A DNA stretch of 64,000 nucleotides, taken from Botryllus schlosseri. Lineage: Eukaryota. Numbering within the stretch: the stretch's first letter is position 1; every line of letters starts with the position of its first letter. The notes below the pieces were generated by a model. The model ran no database searches and was not told the DNA's origin. It saw only the letters and a program-made list of their open reading frames with translations. Below, piece after piece: positions 26,601 to 39,600 of the stretch. The DNA is taken from contig CM119383.1 in NCBI GenBank assembly GCA_051294905.1, positions 17,856,001-17,920,000 of the forward strand. The letters run 5' to 3'. Position numbers and translations under genes: made by a program.

Positions 26601-29600
26601 AAGAAGGAAATTTGGCATCAGCTTTTCCAGACCGGACCCGAAGATGCTGTTAGAAATTGATTTACCGGTGTCTAAAGAAGGTAAACATTGCGTTGAATAA
26701 TAGTAAGCTAATAGGCTATTTGTCCTCGACTTGTGATTGTAGGATATGCGTTTATATGGGCCTGCATGCCTGCATGTGTGAACGCTATTTATACGTACCG
26801 TAAAGCATCGCAGGTCAGTGTACGATGTTCGCCGTGTGTGGTTGTAGGGAGATAGGCTTGCGAGAGAAATATGTTTTCCTATGATTCCATAGCGAAACCG
26901 TCAATCGGATATAAATTTCATTCCGTTATGCCCGGCACCCCCTGCATGACGTATAAATGCATGATACCATGTTTCTGAAGTATATCGTTGAACTGGAGGA
27001 ACGCCCAGACTTGAATGATAATAAATCATTTTCATTTTTATCCAACATTAGGCCTAATAGATCCATTCTATGGCATGCCGTGCATGACCAGAAAATTGGT
27101 ACTCAAATCAATCTGCTTAAACATGGTATAAAAAGCAATTCCGCTCTAGTGTGGAATCCCCTAATTAAGGCAAAATTTGGAAATTAATTGTTATTGTCGA
27201 AAAATCTTCATTCCCACTCCCAAGTGATGCGCGATTGCGAACTGTAACATTGGGCCGGGTAATCTTACGGCAGAGATCGATCTTTTAGATAGCACTACTG
27301 CGGAAACAATTCCATCTCCGTCTACAGAACACCGAGATCGCGAGAAAGGCCCGCAAATATCAGGTGATCATTATTACGAAATCGGAAAGACATTGCATTA
27401 CCGGAGGTTATTTATTTATAGAGAGATTCGTAGAAGGGTGGAAACGGTATCCAGAGGAACGCAGACAGTTACGCGAAAGCAGGCGAATATCAAACAAAGG
27501 TAATTGTTGCTGCACCCCTAATAGATGGCTCGTCTCGATACTTGCGTAACCTGCCGATATAGTTACTGGTCAACATATGTCTTCATGATTTAATCGCTGA
27601 CCTTGTGTTTACCTATGTTTACACTCCATGTTGACTTTTCGTATCTGTAACGAGAAAATACAGCGTGCCCAGAGATCGCACTAATCGATTTTTCTGGACA
27701 TCGAATTCTACGGGTATTGTGAGTAGACATGGGGTGATTACTTCATGAATGTAATCGATTGCGATTACGATTACTTCTGAATCACGCGATTACGATTACG
27801 ATTACGATTACAGCAAAATCCGCAAATAGTCGATTAATTACGATTACGATTACTTTGGAAAAGTAATCACGATTACTCACGATTACATTTATTTTGCTTC
27901 TTAGAAGTTATCTTTGGAAGATAACAATGCGATGAAAAGGCCTCATGAGAGAAGGTCTTGCTTTTTAAATGGGACGTCATGGCATCATTTCCTGTATATG
28001 ACATATTATACCCTTGCATGATTTACAGAAATAGGCATTTCAGTGCCGGCCAATACCGCGCCGCGACACACCAAGACATTCTATCTTGGCCGAAAAATTG
28101 TGTACTTTTTGATTGTCCACAGCCGCGATGGATATGGTCGCGACGAATAGTCTTCTCAATCTCAGCCCCACAATACAAATGCCAACCGGTTCATCCACTG
28201 AGGAAAATGATGAACCCCGTGTAGAAATGACAATTTCTGGGTGCGACCCACAAATGTTTTTCGTTCAGTTTTATCGTCTGCTACGTTAGGGCGACTCCAA
28301 GATCGTTTTATTATATAGTAGAAAGGTGGTCAGAATTCCCAACATACAATACAGTTATAGTTGTAAATAACGTGCCTAAATATTCGCGCTTGGCGCGACT
28401 TGACAGCAAATACACAGCGAATCCATATCGCATCAAATCGTGTTTTCCAGTTCTTGTGAAAATCCCGGTCGTTAAAGGGGGGGTCTGGGGGACTTCACCG
28501 GCCAGAAGTTTTATTGATCGCCTTATGGGGACCAAAGATCACCATTTTTAGAACGGGGTAGCGAAATGCTGTTTCGGTAGGCCTACTGATTCTAGCTGCA
28601 ATTTATGCTAACATGGTGTGTAAGTGGATGACTAAAATGGCAGATCCAAATGTTGAGTATAAAATTGCGAAATAGAAATTGTTGCCCGTTTCAATTAGGG
28701 CCGGATGAGAATATGATAAGGTAAACATATAGATTACTTCTGCCTACAATCCACTTATTACAGATATTCCGAGCTGCCGTTATACGAGTAACGGAGAATA
28801 ACGGCTCGGTTATAATTTTTTTCAGCAGCCGTGGTTTTTAATGCTTCGATGTAGAAATTGTCATATTTAATTTGACGAGTAAAAAATTTCAAATCTTTGC
28901 TCGGTGTATACGTAAATAGGCCTACCGCTCGCCAACCAGCAACAGTTGAACTGCGTTTACCTAAGCATAACAAAACATCAATACATAGTGCATACGTTAC
29001 TATTCGAAACTAAGCAGAGTGGTGATTATTATCCTGCTGCGAGGTAGTGGCGTCTGCAGTGTATTCATAACCTGACATGATGCATAGCGGGTGTTCTTAC
29101 GATCACAGTACTAGGCCTACATGTATATTGAATATCTATTTACTATATGCGGATAATTCGTTACGCAATGAAGAACCAAGCTAATACTTGTGAGTTGTGA
29201 CGCAATAATGAGCAGAGGCGTTAGACAATCCGACATTTTCCTTTGTCAGTATATTATCTCTGTGACGTCATAATTAGCGATACATATTGTTGCTGAACAT
29301 AGTTATTCGAATTCTCGTATTATTGCTGACGATATTCCCCCTGACGAGGGTCAGCCGAAAAGCTTCGGGAATAAAATGAATATTTTATTCAAATGTGTCA
29401 TGAAATCCGACATTTATGCTCTCCAAAACCTGTTTTAAATCGCACTCTTCATTGTTCACGAATGTTCACTTTATGTCATGGGCATTGCACAAATGAAAAG
29501 TAATCGTTCTTTCACAAATAAATCGATTACATATGTGAAGTAGTCGATTACGACTACGATTACTTCGGATTTTTTTCGAATGTAATCGATTGCGATTACG

Positions 29601-31178
29601 ATTACTTGGAAATGATGTAATCGTCGTAATCGATTACGATTACTAATCACGATTACCCCATGTCTGATTGTGACGTCGTCTGTTCTGCAACGATGAATCC
29701 CAAGAAAAAAGAATTCATCCACATCCCGAGATTTTTATATTCTTTCCCAATAATTATCCTTGTAACCAAGAAGGTTACGGAACGGTGTCGGTGTCGAGTA
29801 TCAATTGTAATGATTCGAGATGAGTATATAGCCTAACGAAATTTGTTTTTTAATAAGGTAGCTATATATGCCTTCACGCCGAGGGTAATATTTTATCAAA
29901 GAAAATGTAGTTTCAACGCCCTAGCCCAGGGCTGGCCAACCTTTTCAGTCAAAGGGCCACATTCGATTGACGAACTTTTGCGCGGGCCACCATCCGCGCG
30001 AAGCGCGAAAATTTTTTAAAGTTCATAGGTCAATAATATTGTCACTTGACTATGTTGCGGGCCTGCTGTATATCGTTGGGATAAGTTTGCGAGGGCTGGG
30101 CTATTCGGCGCATGGACATATCGATATCGAAAGCTGCGATCAACATGCGTTAATCATTTCGTGCCTAGGTTTCATAGTCGACGGTCTTACTGCGAGCGCG
30201 AACGCAAGGTCGCATATGTTGAACGACACTTTGTCTCGTAATCGCGAATATAGTTAGACTCAATCTGATACATTGGGTGTTCTTCAATTTTCACAAAAGG
30301 GCAACAATTTTAAAAACAAGAATCGAGTGACAACATATTGCGCTAAGCTTGTAGAAATTTTTTACCTTTGATAAATCTATCGCAAATTATTCTGCTGTAT
30401 TGTAGTGTACGAAGATATAGGCTACCAATATGTGAATGGTTGATGGATCTGTCAATGAGTCGAAACTGATATTTTATTCATCACATCTCAAGTGTTGCGA
30501 CCAGACTAATAAAATTTTTGGTTGGCCTTGCAAGTTCACAATCTGTGCGATCCATGTTTGATGATATTAGAAATTTCGGAAACTACCTCGCGGGCCACTC
30601 AAAACCATCTCGCGGGCCACGGGTTGGCCGGCCCTGCCCTATCCCCATCGTCGGGGGCTCGAAATCTCGGTTGGCCAATCCCGAAAATCAGTGGAACAGT
30701 TGTGAATGTTCATGTTCATAGACGAATGTGATGACATTTTATTAGCCAAAAGCCCACCAAAAAGGCCGTGAATAGGTGATATTATTGGACGATGGTATTC
30801 CCAATAAAGAGGACATTTAGGCGTCGCTCCGAGGACACTTTCAATTTATTGAAAAAAGAGGACAAATCCTCTTAAAAGAGGGCATGTGCAACCCTAGTTA
30901 AGATGGTCACATGCTTTATACACGTAGGGCGGCTGGTTCGTCAGCAGACTGAAGTGGATTCGGATGGGAGCGTGGACAAGAAATCGGACGAGGCGGAAGA
31001 CGAAGACGTGTCAGTCGTTCTATCCGATGTATTTTCCATAGTCTTTACCAAGAAAGCTTTCTCCGAATGGATCAAGTCGATGAACGACGGCTCTACGCCG
31101 CTGTTGGTTATGATCGGAATTTCGGCGACTGCCGTACTCTCGCTTACGTGCATTGCGTTTTTGATGTTTGTGAAATAA
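23694..31178 (+). CDS. Uncharacterised about 1047 aa acidic, disordered, C-terminally membrane-anchored protein
   Basis: Phase-consistent exons 23694-23764, 23886-24017, 24081-26680 (2600 nt, open throughout), 27274-27363 and 30928-31178; total 3144 nt, divisible by 3. A 63 nt intron removes two in-frame stops. Last exon encodes LLVMIGISATAVLSLTCIAFLMFVK*. The start exon is the least certain part. Confidence 0.75.
27724..29666. mobile_element. 1.9 kb non-autonomous hAT element with (GATTAC)n subterminal arrays, intronic
   Basis: TIRs TAGACATGGGG / CCCCATGTCTG; TSD ATTGTGAG / ATTGTGAC (7/8); GATTAC tandem arrays at 27735-27890 and 29540-29660. Confidence 0.8.
29331..29373 (+). ncRNA. Minimal type I hammerhead ribozyme motif (Penelope-like)
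   Basis: Stem I TATTCCC/GGGAATA; core CTGACGA (29341-29347); stem II GG-gtcag-CC; GAA-A; palindromic stem III AAGCTT; cleavage triplet UUC (C29366); followed directly by AATAAA. Confidence 0.6.
29927..30636. mobile_element. Non-autonomous hAT (Buster/Charlie-like) element, intronic
   Basis: TIRs CAGGGCTGGCCAACC / GGTTGGCCGGCCCTG; TSD CCCTAGCC / CCCTATCC; same family as 53986-54673. Confidence 0.85.
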
Positions 31179-31665
31179 AAGTCTAACGTTTATTGAATTG
31201 TATGCCATCCATGACGGAATTGCGATAGTCGATCGGGTCGGTAGCGAGCGGAGCAGCCATGGATACTGTTTTTTTTTAATTATCCAAGTCACCGACCGAG
31301 ATACCGATTGGAGGACGACGTCGTTCGTCCGACTAAACGAGGCCACAATCTCAGCATGTACCCGATAAATCGGTTCGTCGATTGTCTGCTGACCAAAGAC
31401 TAAATGAACAGGGCCCTACATCCCCTCTGACCTAATCACAGCACCATAGCTATCAAATTGAGGCGTATTTCGCACCCAACACTGGAGATTGTGGTAGATA
31501 CCGCCCAATGTAGATATCATGTCCTGTTTGGAGCAGGCATATCGCAACCTACATCGATAATATTTTAATGCTCCAGGTCTGGATAGTCCAGTACTTGCAT
31601 AGTTCCTATGGGTACGACGGACCCACTGCAATTGTTAACCATCAGTAAAACCTGGTACTGCGATC

Positions 31666-32020
31666 TCAGTACTTGGACCGGTCCTTTTAACCTTATATGT
31701 CAACGACATTTTTGAAACCTCCTCATTGAACACCACAATGTTCGCTGATGATACTCACCTCCTCTCTTCCGCATCTTCGACGGCAGAGCTGGATGCCCTG
31801 ACTGGTGACCCAAATTCCATGAGTGGACGGCCCAGAACAAACTTTGCATAAACGCCTCGAAATCGCAATTGCTGACAGTAAATTCAAAAAATAACCTAAC
31901 CGTTAATATCGCTGGTCAGCCCGTTTCCAACACAGATAATGCCAAATATCTCGGAGTTTTACTGGACTCGAACATGTCTTGGAAGAGTCATATTCAGTCC
32001 CTAGAAACTAAATTATCACC
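31666..32020 (+). mobile_element. CR1/L2-type LINE reverse transcriptase fragment (decayed)
   Basis: SVLGPVLLTLYVNDIF..TMFADDT, a frameshift, then W..QNKLCINASKSQ..KYLGVLLDSNMSWKSHI. Confidence 0.8.
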
Positions 32021-33023
32021 GAAGTGCGGCCAATGATGATGATGAATCTCTTACTATAGCCTCACTTTCGTGTTATGATCACAAAATCGACACATTCAAA
32101 CGAAATTATGTTATCCATTTCGTGCACCGGAAAATGCTCAGCAGCAAAAGAAGTCACAGTTTCAGTTATTAAGAAGAAAGTCATACAATACACACATTAT
32201 AAATGCGAAAGAACAGCAGCAATACTGAGAAGCGGGTGACAAGAAAAATATAATGATTGGCCGGCAGACAGAAAGAAAGGCCGAGAATGGCTACAACCAA
32301 ATCGAGTATGCGCAAAGCATTATTTCACAAAAACAGGCGTGAAAACTTGAGTGTTTGGGCAGCCGCTACACTCAAAGCCGGTAGAAAACACATACAAAAG
32401 CATAGCAATATCGAGGTGTTCCCTCAGTTTTCTATGCTATATCCACACTAAGCAAAGACCTGCAAGCATCAACACTGTCATGTATGCTATTCCATGACAG
32501 AATTAGCATAGACCAACAGGGCCGTGAAACCGTGCACCTAACGTATATAGGATTTGGCAACGCCTAGGTAATGAACTGAGACGACTAATTATTTCAGAAA
32601 TTGACGGCTAATAGTAATTTCAGCCAAACACGCGGCAAGCGTTTCTAAAACCCGACAGTCAGCCACAATAACATGCAACAAGAACTAAAGAACTATACAA
32701 CTAAGCATACAGAGCAAACAGGATGGAACACTCAGGCTTTACAATGAGAGCTTGGTGAAAAAGTCGCTTTTTCACAATGAGAGAAAGTGTCACTTCAATA
32801 TTTTTTGACGTTAAAAAAAGCGAGAAAGGTCTTTACCCCACAGTAAGGAGATTATCGTATCACAGTGGAACAGTCATCTCATTGTCGACTGACTTCCAGT
32901 CACAGGCTTACGGCACAGCCGTGTCGGAGCATATTTGCTCACTGTAAAGCTGGCGGACATTCGCAATGAGCCACTCGCAACCAAGAAAATAGACATTGCG
33001 AGCAGTACATTTACACATATATG

Positions 33024-33402
33024 CAGACTTGGACAACTAGATAATTAAAGACTAAATAGAGAGAGACATGGTAATCTAATTCTAATCTACCAGTAATTTG
33101 TGAAATGTTCCCTTGATCTAATTTTAATTTTAATTTAATTTCTGGTTTTTCTGAAAATGCTACAGGATCTTATCGTGTGAAATGGGTCAAGCTTCGTCTA
33201 CAGGCATCTGCCATTTGCATCTGATTTGATAGGAAATGACCTTGATTTTGTTGCATTTCTCCCCGATCAAAGTTTAGTAAAATTAAAATGTTTCTGGGAA
33301 TTCAGCAATTCCAATTCTAATCCAATTTGGAAAATATGTGGCTGCCATTTTAATTCTAAACTATTTTGGAAGGGCTGACAATTTTCTAGTAGTCCAATTC
33401 TT
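33024..33402. mobile_element. MITE with CTAATT arrays (complete copy)
   Basis: TIR CAGACTTGGACAACTAG / CTAGTAGTCCAATTCTT; TSD CATATATG / CATATATA. Confidence 0.65.
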
Positions 33403-33606
33403 CATATATATGCAGGGCGAAAAATTTAACAAATATCATGATGTCATAACTACAGTACGACGTAACGAGCAATGACAATGAAGCAGTTCTCAAAATGATG
33501 GCAGGAGGTAGATCCGCACTTTGGCATAGCAGTTATGCACTGGAAGAATGCTTTCAATTTCGAACAGTGCCGTGAAGAAGTAAATCAGCAATCGGCAATT
33601 CACGCT

Positions 33607-36600
33607 TCAATTCCTGTTTTGTGACATCACAGGCACTGTCTGTAGAGCTTCCGCTTCGGCCTGTAGCTCTTCCACTCTCTCTTTGAGCAACACCTGTTAA
33701 ACGGCGGCAGCTCAAGATGAAAGAAAATCGCAAATGTCGTTGATGCGTTACCTTGGCGGAAGCAGTGATTTGCAGAGCTTGTCGTCGGGACAGGTGTTCG
33801 ATACTTTTTACCAGCTTGCCCACATCCGCCTTGGCAACGTGAGCCAGGCTCTTGAAACCGGCGTTGAGAAGCTACGAAAGGTGGTGGATAAGTTAGAGAT
33901 CAGTTTCAGGCTGTTAACTTCTACTAAAACGCACAAAAAAGTGTAATGGAAGCAAACTGCAAGTAGCGGACATGTGGCGACAGTGAATTTTTCGGTTTAT
34001 TAGTTTGAAACCCATTTGATCTTATGTCAGAACATAAATGATGTCACAAGTATGTTAAACTGTAATTAATATCTGATTCGCCGGTCACCTACGAATGGTG
34101 CCTGTCAAGACACACCTAATTTTGCCGACTCCGATTCAATGGCACGACGGAGAGGGATAATCAGTTGTTACTAAATTTATTAAATCAGTGGTTCCCAGCC
34201 TTTTTCGACTCATGAGTCGGACTGCGGTTTATGGTGAAACGTTCAACAATGTAGTATCATTCGAATTAGTTGAGCAAAAGCGATCACTCATGGCTTGTTT
34301 AAAAGAAGATATGTTTGTCGCCGTGAACATAGGCGCCGACTTTTATTTTTATACGAGGTGGCGAAGTCTTGTGACGTCATAATTGTTCCATGTCGATGAC
34401 GTCATCGTCGCACTAAAACGCACTTTACTCCATGCCGCTGGTTTACGTGCAGCGTTAAACTATTCGTGTGGCGTTTTAATACCGGCCCTGTCATCATTAA
34501 TATCAAACCATGCGGTCGAGTTATTAAATGGAATCTTAAAACGGTACGAGTACGATCATATGAAAATATAACTGCGCTACTAGTCCGTCCGACGGAATGC
34601 ACCGAATAGAAATCAGAATTTACATCACTGAGAATTCAAGCGCAATGCGCTGTGGTGTGATTAACGAAATACGCTACGCACTGGCCTGGCAAGTTCGCAA
34701 TTAACACACAACTCTCGAACATGAGGTTTCAAGCAGACAATAATGATGATTACAAATGCGAAATCGCGCAGCCAATCAATAATTGTCTCTTGCGATTTCT
34801 AGCTTCGCGTTGATTAGCTCGCATCGCGGCAATTGTTTACAGAATAAAACAGCGATTTTGGCGGCATCGGTACATTTCCGATTTACGTTTGCGAAGCATT
34901 ATGAGAGTACATCGGTCAACTCGTAATTTTAATTTGCATGTCGACGGCCGCCAACACATACCAATTGACTTACGTGTTGACGGCTGCACAAATTTCCTTC
35001 TACGGCCGCTGGTTGACTAACCCTGGACTAGAACTAATTCCACTTCCCGGTGCATGCCGCGATCTTATCAATAGAAATTCACTGTCTACCAAACGCCCAA
35101 TTGTTTAATATTCTATATTGTTGTTCTCGATACGAGTACATCCAGCAATCAAGTTGATCGGAATATAGAAGGTTCCCGGTTCAAACGAATCGCATAAAAT
35201 CAGAATTTGCGCCACCCAGAATCTCGTTATGCATCAATATTTGACAATGGCATGGCGTCGCCTACTGCACTTTAATAACGAAAGGAACACTGAAAAATGA
35301 CGTTGTGCGGCAATTTCGGAGTACGAATGTATCAAGTAGAAAACAAAAAATATGGATGGTTGCAAACGAGAAAGCGTGTATTCTAATCAGTATCGTTATG
35401 AATGGGTTTTGAGTTTGACATAGTATTCCCGATAAATCTCACTGGCAAAGCCTTCTTAGAGAAACGAATATGCGCAGAAATGAATTCCAATTTGGAGGCA
35501 CACACCAAAACAACCTCCAATTTCGCGCTCCGATTACGAAGACTATCACACGAAGCTAGCTAGCTCAAGAATGGTTTTGTAAACTAATGCGGGCGTACAT
35601 CATTTAGATTTTAAAAAAGCAGATCGTCTATTTGGGCGGATGGTCGGGAGAGGAGATCTAGGATGGTGTTCATGTTGACGATTTTACGCGTATGATGGGC
35701 TTGCCAAAGAGTCCGGTAGTGCAGTCAATTAGAGAGTCCCTGATCTTTGGTGAACTATTAAATACGCGCGCGTATTACGCAGCCTTGATGACAGTTTTCG
35801 CAAATCAAAGTATCCGAAATTGACGGCACCGATTTCAAGTGGTTCAGACCTGTGTCGTCTTTTAGAGCTCAAACCATGATACACATCTTCTGATCGTTAC
35901 GTTTGAGTATTAGCGGGAATCAATTACGTACTGGTCTCTTTGCATTCGATGTTATTCAGTTTCGCGATGTCGCTCTTTAATCAATGTAACATAAAACAAT
36001 CACCAATTAGCGTGAACTCGACCGCATTGTGTCCAAACCAGCGAGAGATAGGAGCCAAAGCATGCTAGGCCTGAGACGCGATAGCTAAGCCAGCAATGGT
36101 ATCTTTCGCACCAGGCCTATCGCAGATGCTCATTGCTCATTGCTCAATGCTCATGTATATGCCAGCGATGATATCGTGTACGCCAGGCCGAAGACGCCAA
36201 TACAGATGCGATTGCGCAGGCAATCGATAATATAGAGTGAACCGGGCCTATTTCAGATGCAGGCTTGTTCGAGACGCGATAAACCGGGCTAGCGACAATT
36301 GCCAGGCGCACGGGAATGATTGACCTAATTTCGCGACCATCTCAGCGGGAGATCATCACAGAATCTTCTCATTAATTAACAACATGCTTCTCGCAAATCG
36401 GCCCCGCGGAACAATGATAATACAATTATTGAATTGCAACTGAATATTAGAGTTAGAATGGTCGTTTCAAAATGACACGGTTTCGCGTTTCAAAAGGTTT
36501 CGGTCCCCGAAAGCCCACTGGCTTCGCGCCTGGCACACGCGCGTATCGAACTCGACGACTTCTCTAACGAGGTCGCGTCGATTCGCCTGATTAATTATTA

Positions 36601-39600
36601 TTGGTCACAAATCACTTGGGCGTTTGAGTATTTTGTACGAGGTGGCCGCCACCTCGTAAATATGGTCACGAGGTGGCTGCGCCACCTCGTAACCTCGTAA
36701 GTCGGCGCCTATGGCCGTGAATATCATGTACTTATTCGCACTAGGTATACGTTGTGAACTCCATAGGCAAGTAATAAAAACTCGTCTATTTTTGCTTTTT
36801 GTAACAAGGTTATCTCGTCTTCTTGATTATATATACACTCGGTTGCCTTGCTCTCGCCTAGTTTCGTGGTGCAATTGGTTAGGCGTTAAAATCCTGAATG
36901 CAACGATATATTACTTGTTGGTTTCGCATCCCATTCAGGTCTTGTTTTACAGTTTTGAAAAGTGAAGCAAAATTTTTTGAAAAAGCAACCTGTGCTGATC
37001 GGTTAACTAGAAGTGTATAAACAGAACTAAAAATACTTTATTACTGACCACCTCTAGAGATTAGTGAATCGCACATCTGGAGCACATATCCTTAACCGGA
37101 ACAAAAATGAAGAGAAAACCAAACCTGTTTCGCCCGCGCCAATTTGACGCCTGGTATTTCCATCAGCGGCAGAAGTTCCATTGAAGTGCAATATTGAAGT
37201 GTCTGTATCAGTCGTTCCAGCAGCGAATGATAAGGCCAGAACTCGTCCAATTCCTTGAAATACACGGATCGTAAATGCAAGTGTACAGTACACGCATAGG
37301 GAGTGTGTATCCTTCAGATACACGATTTTATGGTCAATGGCATCGCCATAACATTCTAAAATTGCAATTAGAAGGGCTGAATATGAAACTTTTCACATTC
37401 ACAATCAATTACTCCAAAAGTTTTCGACTGTGATCACGATCGCAAGGGCTGAGAAATGTCAGTTTTACAAATGAATAATCAATTACAATTTGATATCTTT
37501 ACTTCCAAAATTTTCTGGTGCAGTTACTATCAAATGGGTAGACTAATGTCGTTTGTCATAATCGATAATAATTGTCAATTATAAGCACAACAACAGTGGA
37601 TTAATAATGTCATTTTTACAACATTAACAATTGATCCAGCTCTGATGTCCATCATTGTGACCAGACCTGTGGAATTAAAGTTTCAGTATATTGTGCCTTA
37701 GTGGAGTCGAGTCCTAAATATACTGCAACAGCCATTGCAGTCGGAGATACATAATTTCCTTGAGTCATAGCTCGTTAAAATTCACATCAACAACATCAAA
37801 ATCAAGTCAAATTCTATCAAATGCCACTAAAATGGGCTAATGATAAGTATGACCTGCATATTGATTGAGATAAAATAGGATTTATCAGCCCCATAGAAGC
37901 ACTAGAAATATTTATCAGTGATATTGGTGTTGTCCTGCAAAATTTGAATGCATTGCTTAGCCTTTGAATATCAATGACATAATATTTTAGGAGTATGGGG
38001 TGAGGTGAACCGACCTCACTGCCGATTGCGATTTACCGCATATAATTACGACAAAAATATGAAATTTAACCTTTGTGAAGTGCAGCACGCATGACGCAAA
38101 TGCGGCCGAACTCGACAGCAGACTTTGCAGGTATCCCCTCGGCTGCTCGAAGCGCGATGCAACATGCCACACTGATTTCCCACGGAACAACTGATACAGC
38201 ATCAAAGTCACGTAAAACCTCTTGGCCACTTCGTCCTTGTATTTCTGAAAGTAAAATGATGATATTTCAGTCGTGCGGCCCAATCCGAATTTTCGGATAC
38301 AAGCTGATTAAAAACCCGCATCCGAAATCCGTAACAACAACGTCACGATATCTGGATAAGTGATCAAATTTTTCGCGATCAAACAAAACACATTTACTTT
38401 TACACAAAGTATTTAGATAAAGAATGGGGGCCTTGAAATATAATCTGTGTATTGATGGCGCAATTGTGTCAGATAAATATGTTACCCATGCAGACACACT
38501 AGAATTGATCTCCGACGTAAATTACATAGGCCTACATATATATATAGAGAGAGAGTAGAAATGAAATTTGAAGAGAAACATCCCTGGACCATTGAGCGTC
38601 AGCATGCTGAAAAGATGCCATCATGCAGCATTTTGTTAGGGCCCTAACCGCACTATTGCTATTTTGTGGAGACAATCAAAAGAAATTGGAAAACAGATCC
38701 CATCAAACGCCGATTTCACGTACCTTGCTCTTGGAACGATTTCCGGCCGCACGCATCGCGAGATAACATTCGGGTACACCAATAACCGCTGCAGCGTTCT
38801 GGTCCTCCTGACTCAGCCTACAAAACTCTTTGAAATAAATCATCCAGTCCGGGCTGATATTCGACAATCCGTCCAACGGCGTGACCTATCGGTGTTGAAA
38901 TTTTAGTGGTGAAAATCGGAAATGGTCAAAGTAGTACTTGCAGACTGCAAGTAGAAAGTAGCAACGAGCAAACACAAAATACTGACTGACTCTACTGACC
39001 ATCTGTAGACCGATCAATCAGACCCCTCTCACCAGATATAATAAATGAAGGTAACTGGTCAGAACCAAATTTTTGAGCCCGGCCACCAAGTCTTCGTAAA
39101 CGACATTGCTGATGGAAAAATCGATGGAGCCACGGTTGGTAGCAGCCCCGAGCTTCGTGACTTCCAAACTGCAATCAGCAACGTCCTTGACTTCCTCAGT
39201 ATCGATGTCTGAATAAGAAACCGTGAGAGTAAATAGAAATAAAATAGAAGGACTGTTTTTGAAAATGATTCTATGACAGTGTTCCATCACTCTGACAGGT
39301 AAATTTTTTCCTGATCACGCATGCATATTGCTATCTAGTATAGTTGTCACCGTCCTTTTGAAATGTAGATTTTTTGTCCGATATTTCCGATTATATACAA
39401 ATTAATGTGTTGTCTAGTAGAATGAAATCCAGTTCAGTATGGTTCTTGGCATTAATGACTTGGGAAACCCTACGTCCGATGTGGGCAATTATTTTTCTGA
39501 GGATAAGAAGCAGTGAATACCTTGGCGGGTTAAGTCAAAAGTTCGCATTATATTCTGTGGTGTATTAATTTTTATATGTTGATAGTTGTAGTTTTAGTTC

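Noticed and set aside
24341-26618. Alternative-frame and antisense ORFs over the large exon
   Set aside because: Shadow ORFs of a long biased coding exon; short and without motifs.
27735-27890. (GATTAC)n arrays, and the 51 bp tandem units elsewhere, as CRISPR-like arrays
   Set aside because: No unique spacers and no cas genes, in a eukaryotic context; they are internal or subterminal repeats of TIR elements.
35040-36040. Transposase remnant inside the CATAGGCGCC element
   Set aside because: Frames I translated by hand gave no convincing hAT or DDE motifs.
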